Part shown: positions 40,490-53,555 of the stretch, piece after piece
How the letters are laid out: every line of letters begins with the position of its first letter
How positions within the stretch are numbered: position 1 is the first letter of the stretch
Assembly: GCA_951406725.2 (NCBI GenBank)
Contig: OX597833.1
Location: 24,676,001 to 24,740,000 of the forward strand
Reading direction: 5' to 3'
From: Octopus vulgaris
Taxonomy: Eukaryota
Length of the DNA: 64,000 nt
The notes under the pieces: model-generated
Seen by the model: the letters and a program-made list of their open reading frames with translations, nothing else
Told to the model about the DNA's origin: nothing
Databases searched by the model: none
Made by a program: the position numbers and the translations under genes

Positions 40490-41410
40490 ACTAATATTTA
40501 AATATTCGTGCATATCTGTATTGAACCACATGCTTTGTTATATTTCTTTATCTTTCACCATCTTTGCGGCAGATTCATGATCCCATCTTCCTGGATCACG
40601 AACTGATATATGTGGTTTTTATGGCCTTCTAGGAAGTTGAAATTCATCTCATTAGAAAACATTTTGTGGGGATCGAAATAAACTGTAATCTGAAAGTGTA
40701 AGGTCAAGTGAGAGCTATGAGCGTAGTAGGACATCCCAACCAAGCTCTACCAAGGAAATACGCCAATTCAGGGCGTTTTTCTTTGATTGCCACCTTTAAA
40801 CGATTGATTTAATTGAAAGCAATGATATCTGAATTCGGCACCTGATTTTGCTGAAGGAACTCGAAATGAACAATGCTCATCAGAATGAAATGAACAATTC
40901 CCATCAGATACAAAGCATCCTTCGGATATTGACCGGGTTTTAGAATGAGTACAGGTGGTTCATATTGTTTTACCGGGATCTCTTCCACTCCATATTATGT
41001 TTGTTCTTTTAAAAAGTGGGACGTTTATGTTGAGTTTAAACATAAATGAAATTGCGGTCCTCTAATTTTCTTTTACTGCTTAATGATGAGGCACACAAAA
41101 TCACAGTGATTCACATATCCAAGTGTTCTTAAATATCGTATACGCTCATATAAGTTTTGTGTAGTATTTCTGTGATATCGCATCGTGTTACTTGGATTAC
41201 TTTTGATTAGCGCTTCGATCTGGTTATCATCAACGATTGTATGCTTACCGGAACGTTCACCGTATTCTAGATCCAAACTTTCACCCCATAACCTTCTTGA
41301 GAACCACTTACGAATAGTCTTCTCAGCTCTGGAGCCATCACCATAAACTGCGCATTATTTTTTCCTGTTAAATCAAAGTTTGTCCCATTTTTTAAAAAGA
41401 GCATCAAATG
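40490..41410 (-). pseudogene. Highly decayed mariner transposase
   Basis: AVYGDGSRAEKTIRKWF, ERSGKHTIVDDNQIEALIKSNP, EDGIMNLPQRW. Confidence 0.7.
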
Positions 41411-41775
41411 GTCAAATAGTGATACATATGTATATCATCAGTAACTTGCTTCAGCCGGTAGAATCCTGTCAAACTGGGGCACCGCTTTGAAGGAATTTTT
41501 CTGAAGAAATAAATCCAAATAATCATTTTGTCCCAAACTCGGTGCTTGAATAAGCACGAGCTTGGGTCATTTTCGTTAAACTTCTAAGTTAGGGGGATAT
41601 AATCTTTCGTACCGTTACCGTACATTGAATTTGTTAGCAAGTTATGGGCTGTAGAAAGTGATATTAACCTATGATACGATGCAGTGATATAAAACCTCAG
41701 ACCTTATAGTTGCAAAGCAAACTTCTTTATCGTTCAATAACACTGCGCTTACATACTTACATACACACGCACGTA

Positions 41776-41941
41776 CGTATGTATGTATGTATGTATGTAT
41801 GTATGTATGTATGTATGTATGTATGTATGTATGTATGTATGTATGCATGTATGTACGTACGTACGTACGTACGTATGTATGTATGTATGTATGTATGTAT
41901 GTATGTATGTATGTATGTATGTATGTATGTATGTATGTATG
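41776..41941. repeat. (ATGT)n microsatellite
   Basis: Direct reading. Confidence 0.95.
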
Positions 41942-42093
41942 TGCTTTGTTAGTATTTCGTGTGTGCATGTATGTATAGGTATTTGTGTGTGTGGGTATGT
42001 GTACGTGTGTGTCTTACTATGTGTATGTGGGTGTGAGTGTGTGAGTGTGTATTTCTGTGTGTGTGTGTGTGTGTATTTATTGGTTCATTTTTG

Positions 42094-42330
42094 TATTCTT
42101 TCGCTTGTTTCCATAATTGTTGACTGCGGCCGGGGAGAGGCACAAACTTCAATGGTTTCTTTTTTAGTCGGGGGAATCGGCCCCTGGACTTTTTTTTATT
42201 GTAAGGCCTGGGCACTTATTCCATCGGTCCCTTTTTGCCGAGCTGCTGGGTTGCAGGGACGTGGACACACCGGCGCCGGTTGCCTGGTGGTGGCGGAAGA
42301 CGGGCGCGGGAACACATGCGCGCACACACA
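42094..42330 (-). mobile_element. SINE family B 3' half, heavily A->G substituted on the + strand
   Basis: gctgggttgcagggacgtggacacaccggcg versus family gctaagttacggggacgtaaacacaccagca; gacgggcgcggg versus gacaaacacaga. Confidence 0.85.
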
Positions 42331-42349
42331 CTCATGTATATATACATAT

Positions 42350-42763
42350 AGGCGCAGGAGTGGCTGTGTGGTAAGAAGCTTGCTTCTCAACCTCATGATC
42401 CTGGGTTCAGTCCTACTGCGTTGCACCTTGGGCAAGTTTCTTCTGCTATAGCCCCGGGCCGACCAAAGCCTTGTGAGTGGATTTGGTAGACGGAAACTGA
42501 AAGAAGCCTGTCGTATATATATATATATATATATGTACGTATGTATGTTTGTGTGTCTGTGTTTGTCTCCCTAGCATTGCTTGACAACCGATGCTGGTGT
42601 GTTTGCGTCCCCGTAACTTGGCGGTTCGGCAAAAAGAGACCGATAGGATAAGTACTGGGCTTACGAAGAATAGGTCCCGGGGTCGATTTGCTCGACTAAA
42701 ATGCGGTGCTCCGGCATGGCCACAGTCGACTGGCTGAAGCAGGTAAAAGAGTAAAAGAGTAAA
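42350..42763 (+). mobile_element. SINE family B, full length, inverted relative to 42094-42330
   Basis: aggcgcaggagtggctgtgtgg head to (gtaaaaga)n tail; about 10 A->G changes in the 3' half. Confidence 0.9.
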
Positions 42764-43561
42764 GTGTAACTACATGGGTTGATACATTTGATTAAAAACA
42801 TCCTTCAAGGCAGTGCTCCAGCATGGCCACAGTCTAATGATGATATAAGTAAAAGATAACAGATGAAAGATGTGTGTGTGTCCCACTTATGCACAAAGAA
42901 AACTTGAGCAATGGATCTGTTCTGAGGTATTAAACAATGCAACAGTAGAAAGCACATGCACACACACACACAGACACACTGCACATACTCACACACACAT
43001 ATACACATGCATGCACACATACAAACACGTACACACATGCATGCACATACACATACAAACATACACACACACGCACACACACATAAAGACACGCATGAAC
43101 ATACACACACATACAGATATGCTGTACATGCTCACACACCCTCGCACACACACACACACACATGCACACACACAGACGTACAGATACAGATACACAAATG
43201 CATGCACACCCACACGCATACACATGCACACACACATATAGACGCACTTGCACAAACACACACACATGTACACACACATACAGACAAACATGCACATACA
43301 TACACACATTCGTACACACATGCACATACACACACACAGACAGACAGGCAAACACACACACATACAGACTAGCAAGCACACACACATTCTTACACACATA
43401 CACACACACACACACAGACAGACAGGCAAGCACACACACCCTTTGACATATTTTTTTGGTATTCTTTGTCTGACTGCATCTATAAATATGTGTGTGTCTA
43501 TACTTAAATATACATACATATTAACATACAAACATATATACATACACATATATACACATAT

Positions 43562-44480
43562 AGGCGAAGTCATGGCTCTGTGGTAAGAAGCTTGCTTCCC
43601 AACCACATGGTTCTGGGTTCAGTCCCACTGCATGCCAACTTGGGCAAGTGTCTTCTACTGTAGCCCTGGGCCGACAAAAACCTTGTGACTGGGTTTGACA
43701 GATGGAAACTGAAAGAAGCCCATCATATATCATCATCGTCATCATTTAGTATCTGCTTTCTATGCTGGCATAGGTCAGATGGTTTGACTGGGACCAGTAA
43801 GCCAGAGAGATGTACCGAGTTCTGATCTGATATGGCATGGTTTCTGCGGCTGGTTGTTCTTCTTGACGGCAACCACACCCAAGAATGAGAAAAAAAAAAC
43901 TATTGAAAAGATTAAGTAAAGATTTCAGGAGTGGCTGTGTGGTAGGTAGCTTTCTTACCAACCACGTGGTTCCGGGTTCAGTCCCACTGCGTGGCATCTT
44001 GAGCAGGTGTCTTCTGCTATAGCCTCGGGCCGACCGATGCCTTGTGGGTGGATTTGGTAGACGGAAACTGAGAGAAGCCCGTCGTATATATGTATTTATA
44101 TGTATGTATGTGTGTATGTTTGTGTCTCTGTGTCTGTTCCCCCTAGCATTGCATGACAACCGATGCTGGTGTGTTTACGTCCCCGTCACTTAGCGGTTCG
44201 GCAAAAGAGACCGATAGAATAAGTACTGCGCTTACAAAAGAATAAGTCCTGGGGTCGATTTGCTCGACTAAAGGCGGTGCTCCAGCATGGCCGCAGTCAA
44301 ATGACTGAAACAAGTAAAAGAGTAAAGAGTATATGCATGTATATATACGTGTGTGTATGTGTTTATAAGGTACGCATAGGCGCAGGCTTGACTGTGCGGT
44401 AAGAAGTTTGCTTCCCAACCACATGGTTTAGGGTTCAGTTTCACTACGTGTATTCTGGGTAAGTATCTTCTACTACAATA
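43562..44480 (+). mobile_element. SINE cluster: family B head 43562-43725, RTE-tail-type SINE end (-) ~43730-43880, family B 43926-44330, family B head 44378-44480
   Basis: Matches to family B; catcatcgtcatcattt...ggcatggtttctgcggctgg tail type. Confidence 0.8.
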
Positions 44481-44489
44481 GAATCCTTC

Positions 44490-44985
44490 TGAAGCATCTT
44501 TGATGGAAAACAGCATTCTATCTATTTTCACCGCACCATTTCACGTCTCACTGGCACGGAGAACTGTCGATAGAACTATGCTATTACAAATGCGAATGTT
44601 TGTTTGTAAACTGCTGTTACTAAAGGATCAGACAAGCATATTCTCTGCAACACAGCTGCCGCTTTGCCAATTCTACGCTTGATGTTACAATCAACATCAC
44701 TATTCTAACTGATGACGCTACCCAGATACGTGAATCTCAACTATCTCGATGTGTTGCTGGTGGAGCTTGTCTTCCTATTTTCCACACTATTTCTTAGACC
44801 ACTCCATATTTTGTCCCAGCTCTGGTGTGAAACCTTGTAGGATTTTATCATTTTCAACGAGCAAGACAATGTCCTTAGCAAAGTCCAGGTCTTTCAGTTT
44901 AGTCTGTAGTCTCCATGGCATTCCTTCATCGAGTATGTCTTCAGTTTTCTTTAGAACAAAGTCTACTGCATACAGCTTGGTCTTC
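44490..44985 (-). pseudogene. RTE-like LINE reverse transcriptase fragment
   Basis: LQTKLKDLDFAKDIVLL (LDFADD motif) and FTYLGSVI. Confidence 0.7.
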
Positions 44986-45857
44986 GGCTTTAATAGTTAT
45001 ACATACATAAATATATAAACACAGGCACTCACACACACACAAACCACATACACATCACACACATATATTCATACAAACGTACATGTTTATATAAATAAGT
45101 TTGTATGTACCGATTAATCTATTTACACTTCCGCGTACATCTTACACACAAACATGCACACAAATATATTTATATACAAATATTTTAGTACATCTCAGTC
45201 AACGCATAAACATGGTGTTTTTAAAATTCTTTTAAATAGTCTGAATGCACACGGTTATAACTGTTTTCCTTGTTTTTGAGAACACACACACACATATGTG
45301 CGTATGTGTATGTGTGTGCATCTATCTATCTATATATATATACATACACACACACACACTCACACACATACACATATATATATATATTTATATCTACATA
45401 CATACATACTTATAAACCGCCACTCATACACCTATGTATGTCTGTAAGTACGTATATATGTAAGTCTTCGCGTGATTGTACGTACTAAAGGTCATCGTTC
45501 GTCGGCCATAATCCGTCCATCCATCCATCCATCCATCCACCCATCAATCATTCATGAATGAATGCATAGACAGCCACGTTTTCTTTTTCTCGTTCAACAT
45601 GTCAGAGGTGAAATTGAAAATTTGGGGAATTTTGTCGAAGCTCTTCAGCTATAAAAATGTCATTTCCTTATGGTTTCGCTTCTGAAGTATCATGGTAAAA
45701 TGACTATATATATTTACTCCTTTTTGTGCCATCGTGGTCCTTAGGGAAACTCCCATTATGCTCGTATAACACTGAACCTTTCATCCAATGCCGGAATAAG
45801 CTAATAAAAATAACAATAGCAACAATAATAATAATAATGATTATAATAATATTGATA

Positions 45858-46587
<730 letters not shown>

Positions 46588-46818
46588 TGAAACGAGCGTA
46601 GTGTTATATTACTTATATTTTTTAAATAATTTTGTTATATATTTAAATAATATAAATTAAATAATCTCATGTATTGGCTTAAGTTTTTCATTGTATGATT
46701 TGCCTAATAGTGGTTTTATCTCTAATTTAATATAATATAATATTTTACTATAAAATTGGATTCAATCCTAAATCTGATTTTTCCCTGTAAGTTTGGATTT
46801 ATCCCCTAATATATATTA

Positions 46819-46873
<55 letters not shown>

Positions 46874-47163
46874 AAAAGGAAATGAAGAAAATGCTGACAA
46901 AATAATTTAAGTAATTTAAGTAATTTAATTAGGTGAAAGTTCTTTTTACCGGTTGCGCATTTGTTAGGCTTATCAAAATTTTTTTAAGAGAGAAAGAGTT
47001 CCTTTCTGATAGATTTTTTCCTCTTGAAAAAATCTATCAGAAAGGAACTCTTTCTCTCTTAAAAAAATTTTGATAAGCATAACAAATGCGCAAAGAACTT
47101 TCACCTAATTAAATTACTTAAATTACTTAAATTATTTTGTCATCATTTTCTTCATTTCCTTTT
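46874..47163. repeat. Long foldback palindrome, ~140-bp arms and 5-7-nt loop, inside (TA)n
   Basis: 46874-47019 pairs with 47027-47163; the left arm has an extra ~9 nt around accgg. Confidence 0.92.
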
Positions 47164-47196
47164 TTATATATCACAACTCATGTTCCACATCTTTTT

Positions 47197-47250
<54 letters not shown>

Positions 47251-47251
<1 letters not shown>

Positions 47252-47541
47252 GCGCAATGGCCTAGTGGTTAGGGCAGCGGACTCGCGGTCGCAGGATCGC
47301 GGTTTCGATTCCCAGACCGGGCGTTGTGAGTGTTTATTGACCAAAAACACCTAAAAGCTCCTCGAGGCTCCGGCAGGGGGTGGTGATTCCTGCTGTACTC
47401 TTTCACCACTCTTTCTCCCACTCTTGGCCTGCTCGCTTAGCCAGCGGGGTGGCGTCATTCGAAGGCTAAAACAATGCGAACGCATTGTGACCAGCGATGT
47501 GTAACAACATCTGATGGTGTGGTCGGTCACGTGTCACGTGA
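47251..47541 (+). mobile_element. tRNA-derived SINE family A
   Basis: ggcgcaatggcctagtggttagg...ggtttcgattcccagacc; homolog of 788-1084. Confidence 0.88.
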
Positions 47542-47909
47542 TATATATATATATACATATATATATATATGTATGAATGTATGTCTTTGTATTTGTATGT
47601 GTGTGTGTGTGTGTTTGTGTGTGTGTATGTGTGTGTGTGCATAGTTGAGATCTAGAGAATACATTTAGTACCGTTCAAATGATTTGAATTTACACTTCCC
47701 TTAGTTTTCTGTGTTTTTCGACCCTGTGTAGGTTTGCTCTGTTGAGAACACACACACACATATGTGCGTATGTGTATGTGTGTGCATCTATCTATCTATA
47801 TATATATACATACACACACACACACTCACACACATACACATATATATATAAATATTTTGGATTTGGCTTGCAAGATTCTTTATATGCGTTCGTGTGTTGA
47901 AGCATATTT

Positions 47910-48102
47910 TGTTGTGTCTGAGGAGACTCATTTTCTTTTTGTGCCTTATAATTTAACACACTCACCGGTGAAATTTCCACTTATTTCTTATTTTTATTGT
48001 TTTTTTTTAAATTTTTATAAATAAGAAATAAGTGGAAATTTTACCGATGAGTGTGTTAAATTATAAGGCACAAAAAGAAAATGAGTCTTCCCAGACACAA
48101 CA
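47910..48102. repeat. Foldback palindrome, ~84-bp arms
   Basis: 47910-47993 pairs with 48019-48102. Confidence 0.9.
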
Positions 48103-48249
48103 GTATATAAATATCTAAATGTATATATATATGAATGTTCATTGTCTAAGTATTTCGTCTTAGTTTCTCCCTATTTGCATGTATACTCTTTTATTTCCTT
48201 TTACTGGTTTCAGCGAGAGGCTGGGGCCATGCTGGAGCACCGGCTTTCC

Positions 48250-49075
48250 GTATTGCTTTTGGTGAAGAAGCGAGTTGGACGGAGCTGCTCTTACCTGTGT
48301 CTCCTGTCGCGGTGTGGATTCATCGGGATTTCAGATAGAAATTTGTCCTGGTGCTTTTTGAAAGTTTCCACATGTACACCTTGCGAATCTCTAAGGTTGT
48401 TTGGCAGTGTGTTAAACAATTGTGGTCCCCTGAAATTCAAGCTGTTGCAGTTTTGGGTCTGCTCCGAAATGAAGAAGACGGGATCTTTGTTATTATGCAG
48501 GGCCATCCAGTTTGGTTGTTAGTATAGCTTTTAATTCCAAAGTTGAGAGCTAGACCTTCTAGGGTCTTTCAGAAGTATAGAACTTCATATCCTCTTGCCT
48601 GCCAGTAGTTAATCTGTATCTTTGTACAGTGGCGCTGGATTACCTTAAGTTTCGTCACCAATTTGAGACTCTGAGGCGACCACAGTTACGACTGAGAACA
48701 AAATCCTCCAAAGGAGTAGCAAGGTTTCTTTTATCTGGTTCTGAATGATCTAAGAATCCATTCAGCTACTCGCCTGCAAAATGTTGCCTTCTTGGTATTA
48801 TGCATATGGAATGTTGCTGAATTACTGATGTCAATTCCCAGATCATGCACTGAATTTTCCTCTGAGATTGCATTTCACCCTGGTCCTATGTATTCTGATT
48901 GTAGTCTGTTTGTGGACTGATAGTAGAGTACTAGAAACTTTTCAGCATTGATCTTCATGTTATTTTCATCAGCTCATTTGTATATCGCATGTAGGTCGAT
49001 TTGCATTTTTAGTATGCAATCAGTGTCCTTGATCACATGTGACACCTTTGTATCATCAGCGTAGCTAGTGGGTGG
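48250..49075 (-). pseudogene. 5'-truncated CR1/L2-like LINE (RT C-terminus)
   Basis: SYADDTKVSHVIKDTDCILKMQIDLHAIYK*ADENNMKINAEKF and NSLNFRGPQLFNTLPNNLR. Confidence 0.8.
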
Positions 49076-49168
49076 CTGACTGTATGTATGTATGTATGTA
49101 TGTATGTATGTATGTATGTATGTATGTATGTATGTCTTATATACATCAAGCTTATTTATTTACATCAT

Positions 49169-49247
<79 letters not shown>

Positions 49248-49252
49248 GTACA

Positions 49253-50116
49253 CAGGGTGCGATAGGTAAATTATCGCAATTTTATACCTTTAATTTAGCG
49301 CATGCTCATTGATTGTTTTTGATTTTGTCGGCTACACACTATAGTAGGGTTACTGTACATACTCTGTGAGAAAAAAAAAGCAGCACCATGACGCAATTCA
49401 CTCAGCCAGAAATTTGGGAATGACATGCTGTACTGCTTGGCATTCGCGCTAGAAGCTTCAGTACGAACATTTCAGTGTGATGGGTGTCAATCTGAGTTCC
49501 AAAATATGTACCGAGAGTGTTAAAAATCAAACATCCAGTCAACCTCATGGTGTTTGGAGTGGTCACTAGTGATGGCGACGTTATGTCTCCATTCATCTTC
49601 CCACACGGCTTCAGACTCGACACGGAGGCCTACATCAATTGCCTGGAGGAGTTAGTGCTGCCCTGGATCAAGAGGGTGGCTGCTGAAGGACCCTCTGCCT
49701 TGCAACATGACTCTGCATCATGCCACACTGGCAGGAGAACCCAGTCATGGCTGTCAGACAATTTCATCCCTAACATCTGGCCACCTAACTCACCAGATTG
49801 CAACCCTCTTGATTATTATGTGTGGGGTACAGTTGAGTGAGAGACCAACAAAACTCCTTGCAACACCAAAGATGAACTCAAGGCAAGGATTACAGCAGCA
49901 TTCACCAGCTTAAACAAGGAGACCATCCAGTAGAGTTGCAGGAGATTCCGAACTTGTCTGGAGGCCGTGGTTGAAGCCAATGGCAATTTTATTGAATAAA
50001 TTTAGTCTTTAGTATTTAAATATATTTTTATGTAATTTTGGTAATGATATGTATTAAATGTCACTGTTATTTTCATTTTTACGTAATTTAGACGACAATT
50101 CATTTACTGTACCCTG
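49253..50116 (+). mobile_element. Internally deleted maT/DD37D-like Tc1/mariner element
   Basis: TIRs cagggtgcgataggtaaattatcg / cgacaattcatttactgtaccctg followed by TA; KHPVNLMVFGVVTSDG, LQHDSASCH, WPPNSPDCNPLDYYVW. Confidence 0.82.
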
Positions 50117-50884
50117 TATATATATATGTGTGTGAGTGTGCGCGCGCGCGTGTGTGTACGTGTGTGTGTTAAGGCTTCCAAATGTTTAGAGCCCAACACA
50201 AAGTCCTTTATGACGTCATAATACGAATGCTTTTAACTCGTATGAATGACTTGATTTCTTTTTAATATCGATCCAATTCTCGAAATAATTCCAGAATCCA
50301 ATTAACTTTAAATGAATAAATGGCAGTAATTAAATTGAGCAGCAACATGGGCTGACATGCTTCATCTTTGCCGTATCCTATTTAATAGTCCGCCATTCTA
50401 TTTCTCTATTTCGATGTGTCAAACTGATCATCCAGAAATTGAGCTTAATTATCAATTGCCGGAGAACTGGCCGAGGGGTTACGAAGGTTGCTTCTCATCC
50501 ATGTGGCTTACGGTTCAGTCCAATGAATAGTACATTGAGCGTTTCCTCTTATATAACCGGGCCGCCCAAAGCTTTGTCAGGAACTGAAAAAAAGCGAATC
50601 GTGCGTGCGCGCACACACACATACACACACATATATATGTGTTTGTGTTGTGTTTATCCCCCACACGCAACCATTTGACAACCGCTGTTGGTTTGTTTAC
50701 ATCCCCATAACAGCATTATTTCGGCCAAAGCGACCAATAGAATAAATACTAGACTTAAAATAAAGGTACCGACGTCAATTGGTTCAGAGAAGCACTTCAA
50801 GGCAGCGCCTCGGCATGACCGCAGTTCAATGACTAAAAAAAGTTAAGTGATAAATAAGATCACTTGAACATTATTGATTAACAT

Positions 50885-51350
<466 letters not shown>

Positions 51351-51487
51351 CTCTATTAAATCCCTATTAAATCAAATCGTAATATGTAAACAGATAAGAA
51401 ACATTTTAATAAGAACAGTTTCTATTCAAACTTTATTCCATTCAATACATATAAAAAGCTTAAATTTATATACAGTCACGCTGTAAG

Positions 51488-52115
51488 TCGGCGAGCTGGC
51501 AGAATCGTTAGCACACCGCGTAAAATGCTTAGCGGTTTCTACATTCTGAGTTCAAATTCCGCTGAGGTTGACTTTGCCTTTCATCCTTTGGGGTTGAGAG
51601 AAGAAGTACCAGTTGAACACTAGGGTCGATGTAATTGACTTACCCCTCCATCAAAATTACTGGCCTTGTGCCAAAATGTGAAACCAATATATTATCATGT
51701 TGTAAGGCGACAAGCTGGCTGAATCGTTAGCATACCGGACAAAATGCTTAGCAGCATTTCGTCCGTCTTTACGTTCTGATTTTAAATTCCACCGAGGTTG
51801 ACTTTGCCTTTCTTCTTTTCAGGATCGATAAAATAAGTACCAGTTGTGTACTTCAGTACACAACTGGTACTTATGTAATCAACTTATCGATGTAATCAAC
51901 TTATCCCTCCCCCGAAATTGCTGCTTTTGAGCCAAAAATTGAAACCAAAATATAATCACATTAAGGCGGTGAGGGGCATTTCGCCTCTTTTATGCTCCGA
52001 CTTAAAATTCATCCCTTCGGGGTCGATAAAATAAGTACCAGTTTAGAACAAGGGTCAATGTAATCGATTAAACTCCTCCTCCTCAAATTGCTGGTCTTGT
52101 GCCAAAATTTGAAAC
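51488..52115 (+). mobile_element. Three tandem SINE family D copies
   Basis: Heads at ~51488, ~51704 and ~51963. Confidence 0.82.
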
Positions 52116-52389
52116 GAATATATATAGTCACATTTTAAGGTTTTGATCAAGAAAATAAGTTCACTTTGAATTTGGATTGCATGTCGAGTGAGAATATTTA
52201 GCTTGAACATCTTATTTGCTTAAGAAAGTGGTTATATTAGTGGATTCGCGTTATGTGGTAATGCTTAAGCGTTATGGTTTTTAAAAATTAGATTTGAGGT
52301 TACATTTAAAACGAAAGTGGAAGTTATAGAGAAAGTGGTACCCATTGAAATTCGCTAAAATCAATTCACGGCTGTTTTCGAGGTTAAAC

Positions 52390-52745
52390 GTGGTAAGTAG
52401 ATTGCTTACCAGCCTCATGGTTCCGGATTCAGTCCTACTGCGTGGCACCTTGGGCAAGTGTCTTCTACTATAGCCTCGGGCCGACCAAAGCCTTGTGAGT
52501 GGATTTAGTAGACGGAAACTGAAAAGAAGCCCGTCGTGTATATGTATATATATGTGTGTGTTTGTTTGTGTGTCTGTGTTTGTTCCCTCAACATCGCTTG
52601 ACAACCGATGCTGGTGTGTTTAAGAGACCGCAGAATAAGTACTAGGTTTCCAAAGAATAAGACCTGGGGTCGATTTGCTCAACTAAAGGCGGTGCTCCAG
52701 CATGGCCGCAGTCAAATGACTGAAACCAGTAAAAGAGTAAAGAGA
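52390..52745 (+). mobile_element. SINE family B
   Basis: gtggtaagtag...ttgggcaagtgtc...gtaaaagagtaaaga. Confidence 0.85.
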
Positions 52746-53348
52746 ATAAAAGTGATATCAATCTTTGCATAACATAATACATAGAGACATCCTTGTATTC
52801 ACGTCGACTACACTCATATGTTAGCTGATCTATATAAAATGGTCATACAGTTATGAAAATATTTATAATTTATTTTTTCGGTGGAAAACTCTTCTTGCAA
52901 TCCTTGGGGATCCCCTTAGCTCTCACCGTAGTACAAGCTCTTCATGCATTAATTGAGCTAGATTATTAATTGTGACAGACCTGGCAGTGAGGTTATTAAA
53001 CCTGCTTCTCAACCATAGAATTCTGGGTTCAGGGGCACATTGAACAAGTGTTTTCTTTTATCACCCCGGGCTGGCCAAAGCCTTGTCAGTGGATTTAGTA
53101 GACAGAAACTGAAAAATCCGTCACATGTGTGTATGTATAAAAGTTCGACAGCCGATGTTGGCTTGTTTACGTCCCCATAACTTAGCATTTGGGCAAAGGA
53201 GACTGACGAAATTAGTACTAAATGCGGTTGAGTTCCAAAATAACTAGTTAAAGTAATCAATCAATCTTTTCCCCACGCGGAATCTGTATGGACTACTAAG
53301 TGGTTTTGCAACCACTTTTACATCCATCGCATTATTGAAATCCTTTTA

Positions 53349-53555
53349 AGGCGGCGAGCTGGCAGAAACGTTAGCACGCCGGGCGAAATGCGTAGCTGTA
53401 CTTCGTCTGCCGTAACGTTCTGAGTTCAAATTCCGCCGAGGTCGACTTTGCTTTTCCTCCTTTTGGGGGTCGATAAATTAAGTACCAGCGAAACACCGGG
53501 GTCGACTAGTTCCCACCCCAAAATTTCAGGCCTTATTTCTTTAGCAGAAAGGATT
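53349..53555 (+). mobile_element. SINE family D
   Basis: aggcggcgagctggcagaaacgttagc... Confidence 0.85.

Noticed and set aside
47251-47325. Possible tRNA gene
   Set aside because: Continues into a SINE body shared with 788-1084, so it is a SINE head
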